DNA from: an uncultured Candidatus Poseidoniales archaeon
GTDB lineage: Archaea; Thermoplasmatota; Poseidoniia; Poseidoniales; Poseidoniaceae
NCBI GenBank assembly: GCA_964526445.1
Contig: CAZGIY010000001.1
Coordinates: forward strand, 20,363-84,362
DNA length: 64,000 bases
Direction: 5' to 3'
Positions 1-8,753 of this stretch are shown here, one piece after another. Both the position numbers and the translations under genes were made by a program. The stretch's first letter is position 1; every line of letters begins with the position of its first letter. A model generated the notes under the pieces. That model did not search any database. It saw only the letters and a list, made by a program, of their open reading frames with translations, and was not told the DNA's origin.

Positions 1-491
1 TTGACATTTTTTGATTTTTGCGCCTTTGGAGCGAAGACGTTTACCGGTTCTGCGGGGGGCAATACTGAGGCTATGGCCTCTTCAGAAGGGGCTTTCCCAG
101 ATTCGTGTAATTTGTTTGTCAAGGCTGGTTTTACAGAGAGGTCTCCCTCCATAGATTTCTTTTTACGTTCTAGATCGGCCAAGCGGTCCTCTCTTGTCTC
201 TTGCTTAATCTCTGTCTTTTCAGGAAGAACATTCTTGGTTTGGTTGCTTCTTTCTCCACCACCTGCTTTTGCAGGTCCACTGGCGTTTACACCCGGCTTG
301 CCTTTCATCCGATTAAGCGCCTCTTTTCGCTTCTTTTCCAGTTCGGCCCTGCCATCATTGGTTGGTTTGGTCGGAGCGGGCCTACGTTTGGCAGGCTGCT
401 TTGCTTTCTTCTTTTGACCGGTGGCTTTGCGGTTTGAACGCGGAGAACCTTGTGCGAAGGGATTGACAGGGTCCTCGTCTCTGCGTCGCAA
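1..491 (-). CDS. Partial hypothetical Lys/Ala/Pro-rich protein (3' part beyond left window edge)
   Basis: Minus-strand frame is open from a TTG at 489-491 to the window edge with no stop (translation ...KKKAKQPAKRRPAPTKPTNDGRAELEKKRKEALNRMKGKPGV...). It is not in the supplied ORF track. There is no ATG and the sequence is low complexity. It lies immediately downstream of and co-directional with kae1. Confidence 0.2.
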   Translation of the reverse strand, partial: MRRRDEDPVNPFAQGSPRSNRKATGQKKKAKQPAKRRPAPTKPTNDGRAELEKKRKEALNRMKGKPGVNASGPAKAGGGERSNQTKNVLPEKTEIKQETREDRLADLERKKKSMEGDLSVKPALTNKLHESGKAPSEEAIASVLPPAEPVNVFAPKAQKSKNV

Positions 492-555
492 GTGAAAATC
501 AACCTCGTCGAACGGTCCAACCCACCTATGTTAACGCTTTGCCCAGTGAATGCTC

Positions 556-1569
556 TTAGGGCCAACAGATATCGGTCTGATCTGTACGTAGTAATTGGTC
601 AACAGCGCTATTTTCCAATAAGGTTGGCCCAGCATGTTTCAATTGCATCCATCCAAGTCTTGCAATCATGCTTCCATTGTCTACACAATACATCTTCTCA
701 GGAACATGTGAACTACATCCTCTTTCATTTGCCATGATAGATGACATTTCGCATAATCTCTGGTTGCAGGCGACTCCTCCTCCGAGCAGGATTTCTTTTT
801 TACCAGTATGAGCCAGTGCACGTTCGGCAACTTCGATACATGCAGCAAAAGCATGTTCTTGCAGAGACCAGCAGACTGCACCAAGAGGGGCGCCTCTGTC
901 GACCAAACCTTTGGCAGCTGTTAACAGGCCCGAGAATGTCAAATCCATCCCATGCACTGCATAAGGCAACTCTAGGCCTTCTAGTGATGCATATGGGTTC
1001 TCTTGTAACCATTCCTTAGCTTTAGCCTCAATCTTGGGCCCGCCAGGAAAAGACATACCATTGTCTCTAGCAAATTTATCGAGCATGTTACCAATGCCGA
1101 TGTCGAGAGTCTCGCCCAATACTCGATAGCGATTGCCTAGACGCGCAATGACTTGAGTATTCCCTCCTGAAACATAGAGCAAAACAGGATCATCGCAACC
1201 ACATCTTTCTCTACCTATCTCGATGTGGGCTACACAGTGATTCACGCCAACTAAAGGTATGTCTAAGCGAGTTGAAAGAGCTCTTGCAACCGATGCGCCA
1301 ACCCTTAGGCACGGAGCTAGGCCTGGTCCCTGTGAATATGCGATAGCATCGATATCTTTCGGCTCAAGATCGTTGTTCTTCAACCAATCACTTAGGATAC
1401 TTGGCGAATTTTCTGCATGGTGATCTGCCGCTTCACGAGGGTGGATGCCTCCTTCTTTTGGTCGCAGAAATGCGGAACATGATGGGCCTGGAGCGCCTGA
1501 TGAATCAACTAAGCCAAAGGAGAAAGTATGTGCTGTTGATTCGATTCCTAGCACTACCCCCTTGCCCAT
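556..1569 (-). CDS. kae1: tRNA N6-adenosine threonylcarbamoyltransferase Kae1/TsaD (KEOPS catalytic subunit)
   Basis: ASKHA fold with GIESTAHTFSFGLVD N-terminus, HCVAHIE metal-binding His pair and Kae1-type C-terminus. The start is taken at the internal MGKGVVLGIE, since the 35-aa upstream extension of the track ORF is unlikely. Confidence 0.85.
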   Translation of the reverse strand: MGKGVVLGIESTAHTFSFGLVDSSGAPGPSCSAFLRPKEGGIHPREAADHHAENSPSILSDWLKNNDLEPKDIDAIAYSQGPGLAPCLRVGASVARALSTRLDIPLVGVNHCVAHIEIGRERCGCDDPVLLYVSGGNTQVIARLGNRYRVLGETLDIGIGNMLDKFARDNGMSFPGGPKIEAKAKEWLQENPYASLEGLELPYAVHGMDLTFSGLLTAAKGLVDRGAPLGAVCWSLQEHAFAACIEVAERALAHTGKKEILLGGGVACNQRLCEMSSIMANERGCSSHVPEKMYCVDNGSMIARLGWMQLKHAGPTLLENSAVDQLLRTDQTDICWP

Positions 1570-1701
1570 GTTAATCACCCCTCTGTCAGGGGCAGGCCAT
1601 TTGAACCGTGCCCTTATGCGATGTACATGCGGAGCCTGATGTTGGACATTGGTCCCTTGGCACATTTGTCGCATGGTTCAGGTCTCTTACGAGGACAAGA
1701 G

Positions 1702-2907
1702 ATGTTGGATGAAGAGAACCTAATCACTGATTCTGGCAAGGGAATTTTGATTGAAAATGGTCAAATTTCAGCGATTGAGGACTCGGATGAGTTGCGCGAG
1801 GAATACCTCGGTGGGCAAAAAGGACGTAATCTGAGCTCTCAGGAATTCGATGGAATTGAACTGCTGGAAGTAGGAGGGCGCGCAGTCATTCCCGGATTGG
1901 TTGATGCTCATACTCACTTGATGTGGGGCGGAGATCGTTCTAGAGAAGCGCGATGGAGGCAACAGGGCCTCTCCTATCACGAAATCGCCCAAAAAGGAGG
2001 GGGAATTGCACATACTGTCAACGAAACTAGGGGATTGCCATTGGATAATCTGGTGAAAATTGGGCTAGATAGAATTCACACTGCTTTGTTGAATGGAACT
2101 ACGGCTATGGAGGTGAAGAGTGGCTATGGTTTAGACACAGAGTGTGAATTGAGACTTCTACAGGCTGCTGAGGAACTTCGGGGAGTTTCGATAGATTCTA
2201 CATGGCTAGGTGCGCATGCTGCACCTCCTGGAATGAAGAGGGAGGATTATGTTGAACAGATTCTATCTGAACAGTTACCTGAGGTATTGGATTCAGGTCT
2301 CGCCCGAAGTGCAGATGTTTTTTGTGAACCAGGGTGGTTCACTTTGGAAGAAACAGAAGAAATCTGCAAAGCAGCAATGGCTGGAGGAATGGATATACGG
2401 CTCCATGTGGATGAATTCGCAGATGCAGGTGGTTTATCTCTAGCCGCCGAATTAAACTCGCAATCTGGTGATCATGCTCATTGGAGTAGTGATGATGCGA
2501 GATCAAAGGCAGATGCTGCGAACACATTGCAATGCTTCTTACCAGGTACACCCTATTCTATGGGCGAGACACATTTCCCTCCTGCATCAGAGTGTATTGA
2601 AAACGGCTATGCTTGGGCAGCAGCAACCGATTTCAACCCGAATTGTAGAATATTGTCATTACCGTTTGTAGGAAGTCTATTGACTCAGCGAATGGGTGTG
2701 GATCCTCTGGCTAGTTTGGTGGCCGTCTCAAGAAATCCGGCCCAGGTTACTATGCACGAGGAAGGGTTGGATCATGGCATGATCAAAGTTGGAGGTGCGG
2801 CAGATATCAACATTCTAGCATCCCCATTCTGGGAGTCCTGGTGTCAACAGCCAAGCAATTCACCCTTTGCGGTTACTCTTAGGTCAGGTGTGGCGACATA
2901 TTATTGA
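1702..2907 (+). CDS. hutI: Imidazolonepropionase HutI
   Basis: Amidohydrolase with PGLVDAHTHLMWGGDRS...QGLSYHEIAQKGGGI...EVKSGYGL motifs, near-collinear with B. subtilis HutI. The track ORF begins at 1621; ATG at 1702 (MLDEENLI...) is preferred as it leaves a 132 nt divergent intergenic region to kae1. Confidence 0.85.
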   Translation: MLDEENLITDSGKGILIENGQISAIEDSDELREEYLGGQKGRNLSSQEFDGIELLEVGGRAVIPGLVDAHTHLMWGGDRSREARWRQQGLSYHEIAQKGGGIAHTVNETRGLPLDNLVKIGLDRIHTALLNGTTAMEVKSGYGLDTECELRLLQAAEELRGVSIDSTWLGAHAAPPGMKREDYVEQILSEQLPEVLDSGLARSADVFCEPGWFTLEETEEICKAAMAGGMDIRLHVDEFADAGGLSLAAELNSQSGDHAHWSSDDARSKADAANTLQCFLPGTPYSMGETHFPPASECIENGYAWAAATDFNPNCRILSLPFVGSLLTQRMGVDPLASLVAVSRNPAQVTMHEEGLDHGMIKVGGAADINILASPFWESWCQQPSNSPFAVTLRSGVATYY

Positions 2908-2987
2908 AAATATCATTATAGGTGCACTATTCATTATTACAGTAAAACCATATTAAATGATTATTATTTATATTTCAAGGTGGAACT

Positions 2988-3314
2988 ATGTGGATGGAGA
3001 CAGCGGTACTTTCTGCACGACCTGGATATGAAGCGCGACTTCGCCGTCTTCTCAAAGCCCGTAGTGCCATAAGACGTAATTCAGAAGGTTGCCTACTTTC
3101 TTGGGTAGGCGAGACTAGTGTTGGAAAAGGCACATTCCTTCTACAAGCACTGTATATTTCAGAAGATGCAATTAGTGATGCCCTCAAACAGGTATCTTCC
3201 CTCGATCAATCTGATGGAGGGCTTGAATCTGTCATCGAGGGCCCGCCTCTCGTGGGTATTTTCGAGGTAGATTCCGAAGATGTTGGTATAATCGATGGAC
3301 GGGTGGGCGCATAA
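2988..3314 (+). CDS. Small ABM/Dabb-like (antibiotic-biosynthesis-monooxygenase fold) hypothetical protein
   Basis: 108-aa ORF preceded by an AT-rich TATA-like tract (tttatattt, 2968-2976). Weak resemblance to the ~100 aa ferredoxin-like ABM domain. The stop codon is embedded in a perfect hairpin. Confidence 0.35.
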   Translation: MWMETAVLSARPGYEARLRRLLKARSAIRRNSEGCLLSWVGETSVGKGTFLLQALYISEDAISDALKQVSSLDQSDGGLESVIEGPPLVGIFEVDSEDVGIIDGRVGA

Positions 3315-3330
3315 TGTACGTTATGCGCCC
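3305..3330 (+). terminator. Perfect 10-bp inverted repeat hairpin (gggcgcataa-tgtacg-ttatgcgccc) overlapping the stop codon of the upstream ORF
   Basis: Read directly from the sequence. GC-clamped stem with a 6-nt loop and no downstream T-tract. It could be a 3'-end stabilising or terminator structure. Confidence 0.3.
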
Positions 3331-3442
3331 TTGGACATGTGTGAGTAGGACTCAATTGCAGTAGAATTCCGGTAAATAGGCTCGCAGTAGGCCACTATTA
3401 ATGAAATACTTGAGGAGAAATGCAAATTTGTGCCTCAGAGCC

Positions 3443-3456
3443 TATACTTGGAGGGG
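3443..3456 (-). terminator. Oligo-T tract (tgattttttcccc on minus strand) about 33 nt downstream of the tRNA-Val 3' end
   Basis: Archaeal transcription commonly terminates at T-runs. The T6 run sits just 3' of the tRNA. Confidence 0.25.
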
Positions 3457-3488
3457 AAAAAATCACTCAACTTACGAGATGATATGTT

Positions 3489-3564
3489 TGGTGGGCTCGG
3501 CCAGAATTGAACTGGCGATCTTTGCCATGTCAAGGCAACGTCATGACCCCTAGACCACGAGCCC
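3489..3564 (-). tRNA. tRNA-Val (anticodon GAC), genomically encoded CCA
   Basis: Manual fold of the minus strand: 7-bp acceptor GGGCTCG/CGAGCCC, D-arm with GG, 5-bp anticodon stem TTGCC/GGCAA, loop TTGACAT (anticodon GAC), T-arm GCCAG-TTCAATT-CTGGC, discriminator A and CCA. Length is 76 nt. Confidence 0.85.
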
Positions 3565-3619
3565 GATGGCACAATCGATGGTGGCGGTCTATTTATCCGA
3601 ATCGGTATGCGTATCAGAC

Positions 3620-3838
3620 TCACGCGATAATCTTTGAGATTCTTCCGGTGCATCCATCTTGGCTGCAGGTGCCAGCTACACGTTTACGTCCGTTGTTCAT
3701 AGTGTGCATCTCTGGTCCTGAAATCGGGCCATAAGTCTTGCATTTCAAGCAGAATCCCTGATACTCGGCCATCTGAATCAGTTTCTGCATTGGCTTTGCG
3801 GATATGAACACTCCGCCAATACCTTGCTGAAAGACCAA
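3620..3838 (-). CDS. Small Cys-rich hypothetical protein (CxxC...CxxxxC)
   Basis: 72-aa ORF with a CLKC...CSQDGC zinc-ribbon-like arrangement. No family recognised. It could be spurious. Confidence 0.15.
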   Translation of the reverse strand: MVFQQGIGGVFISAKPMQKLIQMAEYQGFCLKCKTYGPISGPEMHTMNNGRKRVAGTCSQDGCTGRISKIIA

Positions 3839-3875
3839 TTAATTCAAATCAATGGTTTTTAACAATAAAAGAAAA

Positions 3876-4238
3876 TTATTCTTCTTCAATCAATACTTCA
3901 ACTGGTGGCACTTCCACTTCCAACCGCTTGGACGAAACTTCAGATTCATCAGGGATGTGAAAATCAGAAATTCCCCCCCGCCATTTTGTAGTCATATCCT
4001 CGACTTCCTCGTTTTCAATTTGTGGAATTTCTGAATCTGGATTAAGACTGTACATAATTGGATCAATGGGTTTTACTGGCTCCTCTGTTCGTATAGGTTG
4101 TGCCCTTTCCTCAAGGTGCGCAGTAGTGTGAAAGGTGCCGCATTCAGGGCATCTACTAGAACCAACTTGCTGTATACAACCACATGCTGAACAGACGCTC
4201 AGTCCGTCGAAGACGGCGAGCGGATCCATTTTCTTCAC
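3876..4238 (-). CDS. Zinc-ribbon protein with acidic C-terminal tail
   Basis: CSACG-x9-CPECG zinc ribbon followed by an E/D/P-rich tail. It is translationally coupled to the EF-hand protein gene, whose stop overlaps this gene's start at 4235-4238. Confidence 0.5.
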   Translation of the reverse strand: MKKMDPLAVFDGLSVCSACGCIQQVGSSRCPECGTFHTTAHLEERAQPIRTEEPVKPIDPIMYSLNPDSEIPQIENEEVEDMTTKWRGGISDFHIPDESEVSSKRLEVEVPPVEVLIEEE

Positions 4239-6142
4239 TCCAGAAACATGCTGTCCTGAGGAGCCTCGATTTCGTCTCCAGTTTCTTCATCTTCGATGAT
4301 TACAGTCTCAGCATCATCATCGAATTCCAGGATGGTTCCGAAAATCTCCTCGCCGTCCAATTCGACTCCAACTCTGGAACCTACGTCGATGTCTTCTCCC
4401 TCATCGCCGTCCTCTCCATCGTCTTCAGAATCCTCATCATCATCTGAGTCTTCATCCGAATCCTCATCATCATCTGAGTCTTCATCCGTATCCTCATCTT
4501 CTGAATCTTCTTCTTCATCTGAATCCTCATCTGAATCCTCATCGTCATCATCTTCGGATTCCTCATCATCTGAGTCTTCATCCGAATCTTCACTATCACC
4601 AGCATCTTCGTCTTCTGCTTCATCGTCTGAATCCTTCTCGTCCGAATTGTCTTCATCGGACTCAGTTTCTTCTGTAGAATCTCCCTTCGCTTTTGCTCTC
4701 CACTGTTTCATCAATACCAAATGGGCATACAGAGAACCTCCAAGACCAATGGCACCGAGGATAATCATCAGGATACCGTCCCAATAGAAGCCAGCAGGCA
4801 TTGAACCAGCTCCATCACCAGCAAGAGGTGTCAAGGAATTAGCACAATCGTGAATAGAAGGGTCACAAGCAGTTGAATCACCCTCGTTAATCAGGTTATC
4901 ATCAGCATCAACAAAGGCATCTCCTGTGTGTTCAATGATGCCTCCTTCTCCGCTCACAAATATTCCTAGTCCATTTGCAATCCATAGAACCATGAATAGT
5001 CCGAAGAGTGCATGCATAATTGGCCAAAATATGTCATTCGCCTTCTTTGACATCAATTTCTTTTGCAGGTCAGAGGGGAATTCCTTACTTGTAGCCGAAT
5101 CGCTCTTTTCTTCATTAGCAGCCTTCTCTTCTTCATCTTCGAAGGTTTCGCCAAATGCGACAACTAATTCTTCGATACTTATGCTTCCATTTTCGTCGAA
5201 ATCAACCTCTGCCATGACTTCATCAACATCATCATCTGAGATAACGCCACCACCGAATTGAGTTAGTGCTGAATTAAGTTCTTCCCTGTCAATCTGTCCA
5301 TCATTATTGACGTCCATATGCTCAAAGGCGGCCTGCGCATTGTATCCTGCATCTTTGAAACTCTTGACCATTCTTCCTAGGGGAGTATCTGGTATTTCCT
5401 CTTCTTCATCATCGGAATCGTCATCCTCCTCCTCTTCGGAACCATCACTTTCTTGATCACCATCATCAGCGTCTTCTTCCCCGTCATCTGAATCGTCTTC
5501 TTCGTCCTCACCTTCGGATTCTACTTCTTCAGGGGCATCATCCTCTAAGTCCTCTTCTTCAGAAGCATCTTCCTGATCATCTGATTCTTCCTCTTCAGAA
5601 GCATCTTCCTGGTCATCTGATTCCTTCTCTTCGTCTTCAGGCCCCACCTCTTTGGAAGGTTTGTTATCAGGAGGTGTGAATGTTGATTCTAACTCTTGTA
5701 GGTCGATGACCCCGTTTCCATCCTCATCCAATGTGTCAACCAGGCGATTGACCTGAGATTCAGGCAGATCTGCAATATTCAATGCCAATAGACCAGTCTT
5801 GAATTCCTGTGCTTCTATTACTCCGTCGCCATTGGCGTCGAATCTTTTGAACAAATCTACGACTGAAAGACCAGTTGCATTCAACCAATCAGCGAGAATT
5901 TGGATAACGTCGTCTGCGACGAAAACCACTCCACATTGCGGACATGAACGCGAATCCAAGGGAACCAAAGCGCCACATGCGCCACATTCTCCTAGACTTG
6001 TATCACTCACACCGGTGAAGGATACTCCACACCCGGGACACTCCGTTGAGTCTACAGGGACTACTGCCCTACATGCTCCACACTCGGCCATACCTTCCTT
6101 GTCTGTATCTTCTTCAGTCATGGAAACCCATACTGTCCACAT
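4235..6142 (-). CDS. Membrane-anchored EF-hand calcium-binding protein with N-terminal double zinc ribbon and poly-acidic (D/E/S) tail
   Basis: Two CxxC-x9-CPxCG ribbons. Four canonical 12-residue EF loops: DANGDGVIEAQE, DEDGNGVIDLQE, DVNNDGQIDREE, DFDENGSISIEE. Two hydrophobic helices (IFWPIMHALFGLFMVLWIANGLGIFV and ILMIILGAIGLGGSLYAHLVLM). About 130 aa of a C-terminal DSDEDSDDDE-type tail. Confidence 0.7.
   Translation of the reverse strand: MWTVWVSMTEEDTDKEGMAECGACRAVVPVDSTECPGCGVSFTGVSDTSLGECGACGALVPLDSRSCPQCGVVFVADDVIQILADWLNATGLSVVDLFKRFDANGDGVIEAQEFKTGLLALNIADLPESQVNRLVDTLDEDGNGVIDLQELESTFTPPDNKPSKEVGPEDEEKESDDQEDASEEEESDDQEDASEEEDLEDDAPEEVESEGEDEEDDSDDGEEDADDGDQESDGSEEEEDDDSDDEEEEIPDTPLGRMVKSFKDAGYNAQAAFEHMDVNNDGQIDREELNSALTQFGGGVISDDDVDEVMAEVDFDENGSISIEELVVAFGETFEDEEEKAANEEKSDSATSKEFPSDLQKKLMSKKANDIFWPIMHALFGLFMVLWIANGLGIFVSGEGGIIEHTGDAFVDADDNLINEGDSTACDPSIHDCANSLTPLAGDGAGSMPAGFYWDGILMIILGAIGLGGSLYAHLVLMKQWRAKAKGDSTEETESDEDNSDEKDSDDEAEDEDAGDSEDSDEDSDDEESEDDDDEDSDEDSDEEEDSEDEDTDEDSDDDEDSDEDSDDDEDSEDDGEDGDEGEDIDVGSRVGVELDGEEIFGTILEFDDDAETVIIEDEETGDEIEAPQDSMFLE
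4427..4600. repeat. Coding tandem repeat (30-bp unit gaatcctcatcatcatctgagtcttcatcc x2 perfect, then degenerate copies) encoding a D/E/S tail
   Basis: Direct inspection of the sequence. Confidence 0.7.
5557..5630. repeat. Coding tandem repeat (36-37 bp unit x2) encoding SDDQEDASEEE(E/D)
   Basis: tcagaagcatcttcctg(a/g)tcatctgattc(t/c)ttc repeated back-to-back. Confidence 0.6.
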
Positions 6143-6246
6143 ACCGTTTCGTTATAATCATATGTGGGTTCATTCTATCAATAATGGCCTAATTCCAAGC
6201 AGGATTAAGCGTCAGCGTCAAGAGCCTTCGGCAAGAGGGCGAAGTC

Positions 6247-7176
6247 ATGGCAGGGGTGCTTAGTGGCATGGGAATGCTGCCGCAGGAAGGTTCATGCCAC
6301 CTTATCGAAGAAGGGGTGGATGCTACATTCGCGTGGTTGGATCGCATCAATGCGGCAGGATACCACGCTATGCTGATGACTAGATTGCCTCCCCGCAGAC
6401 TGCTTGGTAAGGTAGATTTGAACAATATTGAAACATTGTGGCTTACTGAACGCGATGCTTCAAATGCCCTAACTCCCAGTCTTGAAAGAATCGCAAGTAG
6501 AATGCGTGATAGAATGGCAGAAAAATCAGGCATCATCATTCTTGATGGGCTTGAGCACTTGATGAGCCAACATGGTTTTGCCGCAGTATTGACATTTCTA
6601 AGGGCTATGATTGATGATTTGAGCACTTCAGCTTGGAGCCTATTGATTCCTGTAGAACCTCTTGCATTTGAAGATACAGAGATTGCAAGATTGCGCAGGG
6701 AGGCTCCGGTATGGAAGATTCCTCAACCAGAAGAAAGCGATGAAGAGGACTTAGAGGATGATGAAACAACGTTCCAAGAGATTATCTCCCCTGCAGAAGG
6801 TGACGAGGAATTACCCACATATGACACTGCAGGTGATGGTTCAATACGACTTGTACATCTGACTAAATTGCCTAGGGCCGGATTCAGTAGTTCTATTCTC
6901 AGAAGAAGAATTCTTGCGTGGAGGAGAATGGGGCTAGATGTTAGTGAACTTGAGCCAGCGATGAAATATCAGGATATTGATAGGGCATATGCTCTCTACA
7001 GGGTTGTTGAGGAGAAGGTCCGTACTGCGGTTGAATTGGATAGGAGAGTCGACCTCCTTGAAAGCGCAGGAGATAGCAGCAATGCCGCGTCTTTCAGGTT
7101 TAGAATTAGGCAACTAACCGGGCTGGAAGAAGTTTGGAGGTCCTTGGATATATTGTTGAAAGATCAATCGATATAA
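6247..7176 (+). CDS. DUF835-family protein with acidic linker
   Basis: Central ...GIIILDGLEHLMSQHGFAAVLTFLRAMIDDL...LLIPVEPLAFED... resembles the archaeal DUF835 domain, followed by an EESDEEDLEDDE acidic stretch. Converges on hutH with an overlap of 13 nt. Confidence 0.5.
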   Translation: MAGVLSGMGMLPQEGSCHLIEEGVDATFAWLDRINAAGYHAMLMTRLPPRRLLGKVDLNNIETLWLTERDASNALTPSLERIASRMRDRMAEKSGIIILDGLEHLMSQHGFAAVLTFLRAMIDDLSTSAWSLLIPVEPLAFEDTEIARLRREAPVWKIPQPEESDEEDLEDDETTFQEIISPAEGDEELPTYDTAGDGSIRLVHLTKLPRAGFSSSILRRRILAWRRMGLDVSELEPAMKYQDIDRAYALYRVVEEKVRTAVELDRRVDLLESAGDSSNAASFRFRIRQLTGLEEVWRSLDILLKDQSI

Positions 7177-8753
7177 TTTGAAAGTCCTTGATCATCAGCA
7201 AAGCCATTGAGGAAATCATACGCTAAGTCTGCAATTTCTTGACTCAAACTTCTGTCTCCTTCAAGGGGGGCTACAATCCTTCTAACATGTGTATATAGGG
7301 CCTTGACGCCTTCTCCTAGCTCTTCGCTTATGTGTTCCAGCCCTTCACAGGCAATCAGCGCCTCACAAGCGAGAACATCTGCCAATCTCTGCGAGGCTTG
7401 CAAGAGATACCATGCTGCCGTTGCAGCCATACTAACATGGTCTTCTTGATTAGCAGAGGTTGACAGGCTAAATGTACTGTGCGGACGCGTATGTGCCCTC
7501 ATGTCTGCAATAGAAGCTGCAGCAGAATATTGCACAATCATCAATCCTGATTCAAGGCCGGATTGTGAAGCCAAGAAGGCTGGAAGTGAACTCCTTTTGG
7601 CATCGAGCATAGTATCCATGCGTCGTTCACTGATACTAGCCAATTCAAAGACGGCTGCATTCATTGCATCTGCAGCAAGTCCCAAAATTTCGCCATGGAA
7701 GTTACCCCCGCTAACCACTTCATGTGGACCTGGGTTCTTAGAATCAGGAAAGATCAACGGGTTATCAGTTGCAGAATTCAATTCGATAGTAATGACTTCA
7801 TACAGTCTGTGCAGTGCTTCATTAGCAGGCCCATGGACTTGTGGGGCACACCTGAATGAGTATGGGTCTTGAACACGGTCACAATCAGCGTGCGATTCAA
7901 GATTTGACGAATTTTGCATAGCCTTTCGAATCCGTGAAGCAACTAGTGCTTGACCAGAATGCGGCCTTGCCCTGTGCAATCTCTTATCGGCAGGAGCAAT
8001 AGAAGATTTTGTTGCCTCAATTGATGCGCATAAAATCAGATCGCAAAGGGGGAGTAGGTCCCTCAGGACAGCGTAAGAAATAGACAGCCAAGATAATATT
8101 TGGCTGGTCCCATTAATCAGTGACAAGCCCTCCTTGGCTTGCAAGGTTATTGGATTAAGATCGCAGGCAGCAAGTGCTTTTTTCGTTGGCATAATGTTTC
8201 CATCTTCATCGCACACTTCTCCTTCTCCAATCAGGGTTAAGGCGACATGAGACAACGGTGCGAGGTCTCCAGATGCCCCAAGGCTCCCGATACGCGGAAC
8301 TACAGGGGTCAAACCAAGATTCAACATTTCCAAAATTCTTTCAATAACGCTAATTCTAATGCCACTGTTTCCCTTACACAACGAATTGGCTCTTGCTACC
8401 ATCATCGCTCTGACAGGAACAGCATCCATGGGCTCACCGATTCCACAGGCATGACTTCGAATCAAGTTGGTTTGCAAATCAGAAAGGCTGGCTGCATCTA
8501 TTCTAGTATTGCACAATGCGCCGAATCCAGTATTGATTCCATAGGCAGTTTCTTCTCGTTGAATTATTCCTTCTACTGTTTTTCTAGCGGAATCAATTCG
8601 AGTCCTTGCATCCTCGCAAATAGAAACTGTGGCAATTCCAGTCGCTACTAGAAGCATTGCTTCAGGAGACAGCGTTGCACCGTCCAGCTCAATATTCAAC
8701 AATCTACCCCGCTCCTTGCCATCGATATCCATTGAATACAGTTGCTCAATCAA
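7164..8753 (-). CDS. hutH: Histidine ammonia-lyase HutH
   Basis: MIO-forming GSLGASGDLAPLSH motif plus the TGFGALCNTRI and LIRSHACG lyase class I motifs. Confidence 0.9.
   Translation of the reverse strand: MIEQLYSMDIDGKERGRLLNIELDGATLSPEAMLLVATGIATVSICEDARTRIDSARKTVEGIIQREETAYGINTGFGALCNTRIDAASLSDLQTNLIRSHACGIGEPMDAVPVRAMMVARANSLCKGNSGIRISVIERILEMLNLGLTPVVPRIGSLGASGDLAPLSHVALTLIGEGEVCDEDGNIMPTKKALAACDLNPITLQAKEGLSLINGTSQILSWLSISYAVLRDLLPLCDLILCASIEATKSSIAPADKRLHRARPHSGQALVASRIRKAMQNSSNLESHADCDRVQDPYSFRCAPQVHGPANEALHRLYEVITIELNSATDNPLIFPDSKNPGPHEVVSGGNFHGEILGLAADAMNAAVFELASISERRMDTMLDAKRSSLPAFLASQSGLESGLMIVQYSAAASIADMRAHTRPHSTFSLSTSANQEDHVSMAATAAWYLLQASQRLADVLACEALIACEGLEHISEELGEGVKALYTHVRRIVAPLEGDRSLSQEIADLAYDFLNGFADDQGLSNYID

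Noticed and set aside
1-437. Plus-strand ORFs 1-417 and 201-437
   Set aside because: They lie antisense to the more plausible Lys-rich minus-strand frame. Their composition is Phe/Ser/Leu-rich and there is no recognisable domain.
4296-4787. 163-aa Ser-rich plus-strand ORF and 91-aa Met/Lys/Arg-rich minus ORF (4381-4656)
   Set aside because: These are shadow frames of the GA-rich acidic coding repeat of the EF-hand gene, artefacts of low-complexity DNA.
2908-6246. Integrated mobile element at tRNA-Val
   Set aside because: No integrase, recombinase, transposase or recognisable att duplication of the tRNA 3' end was found in the block.
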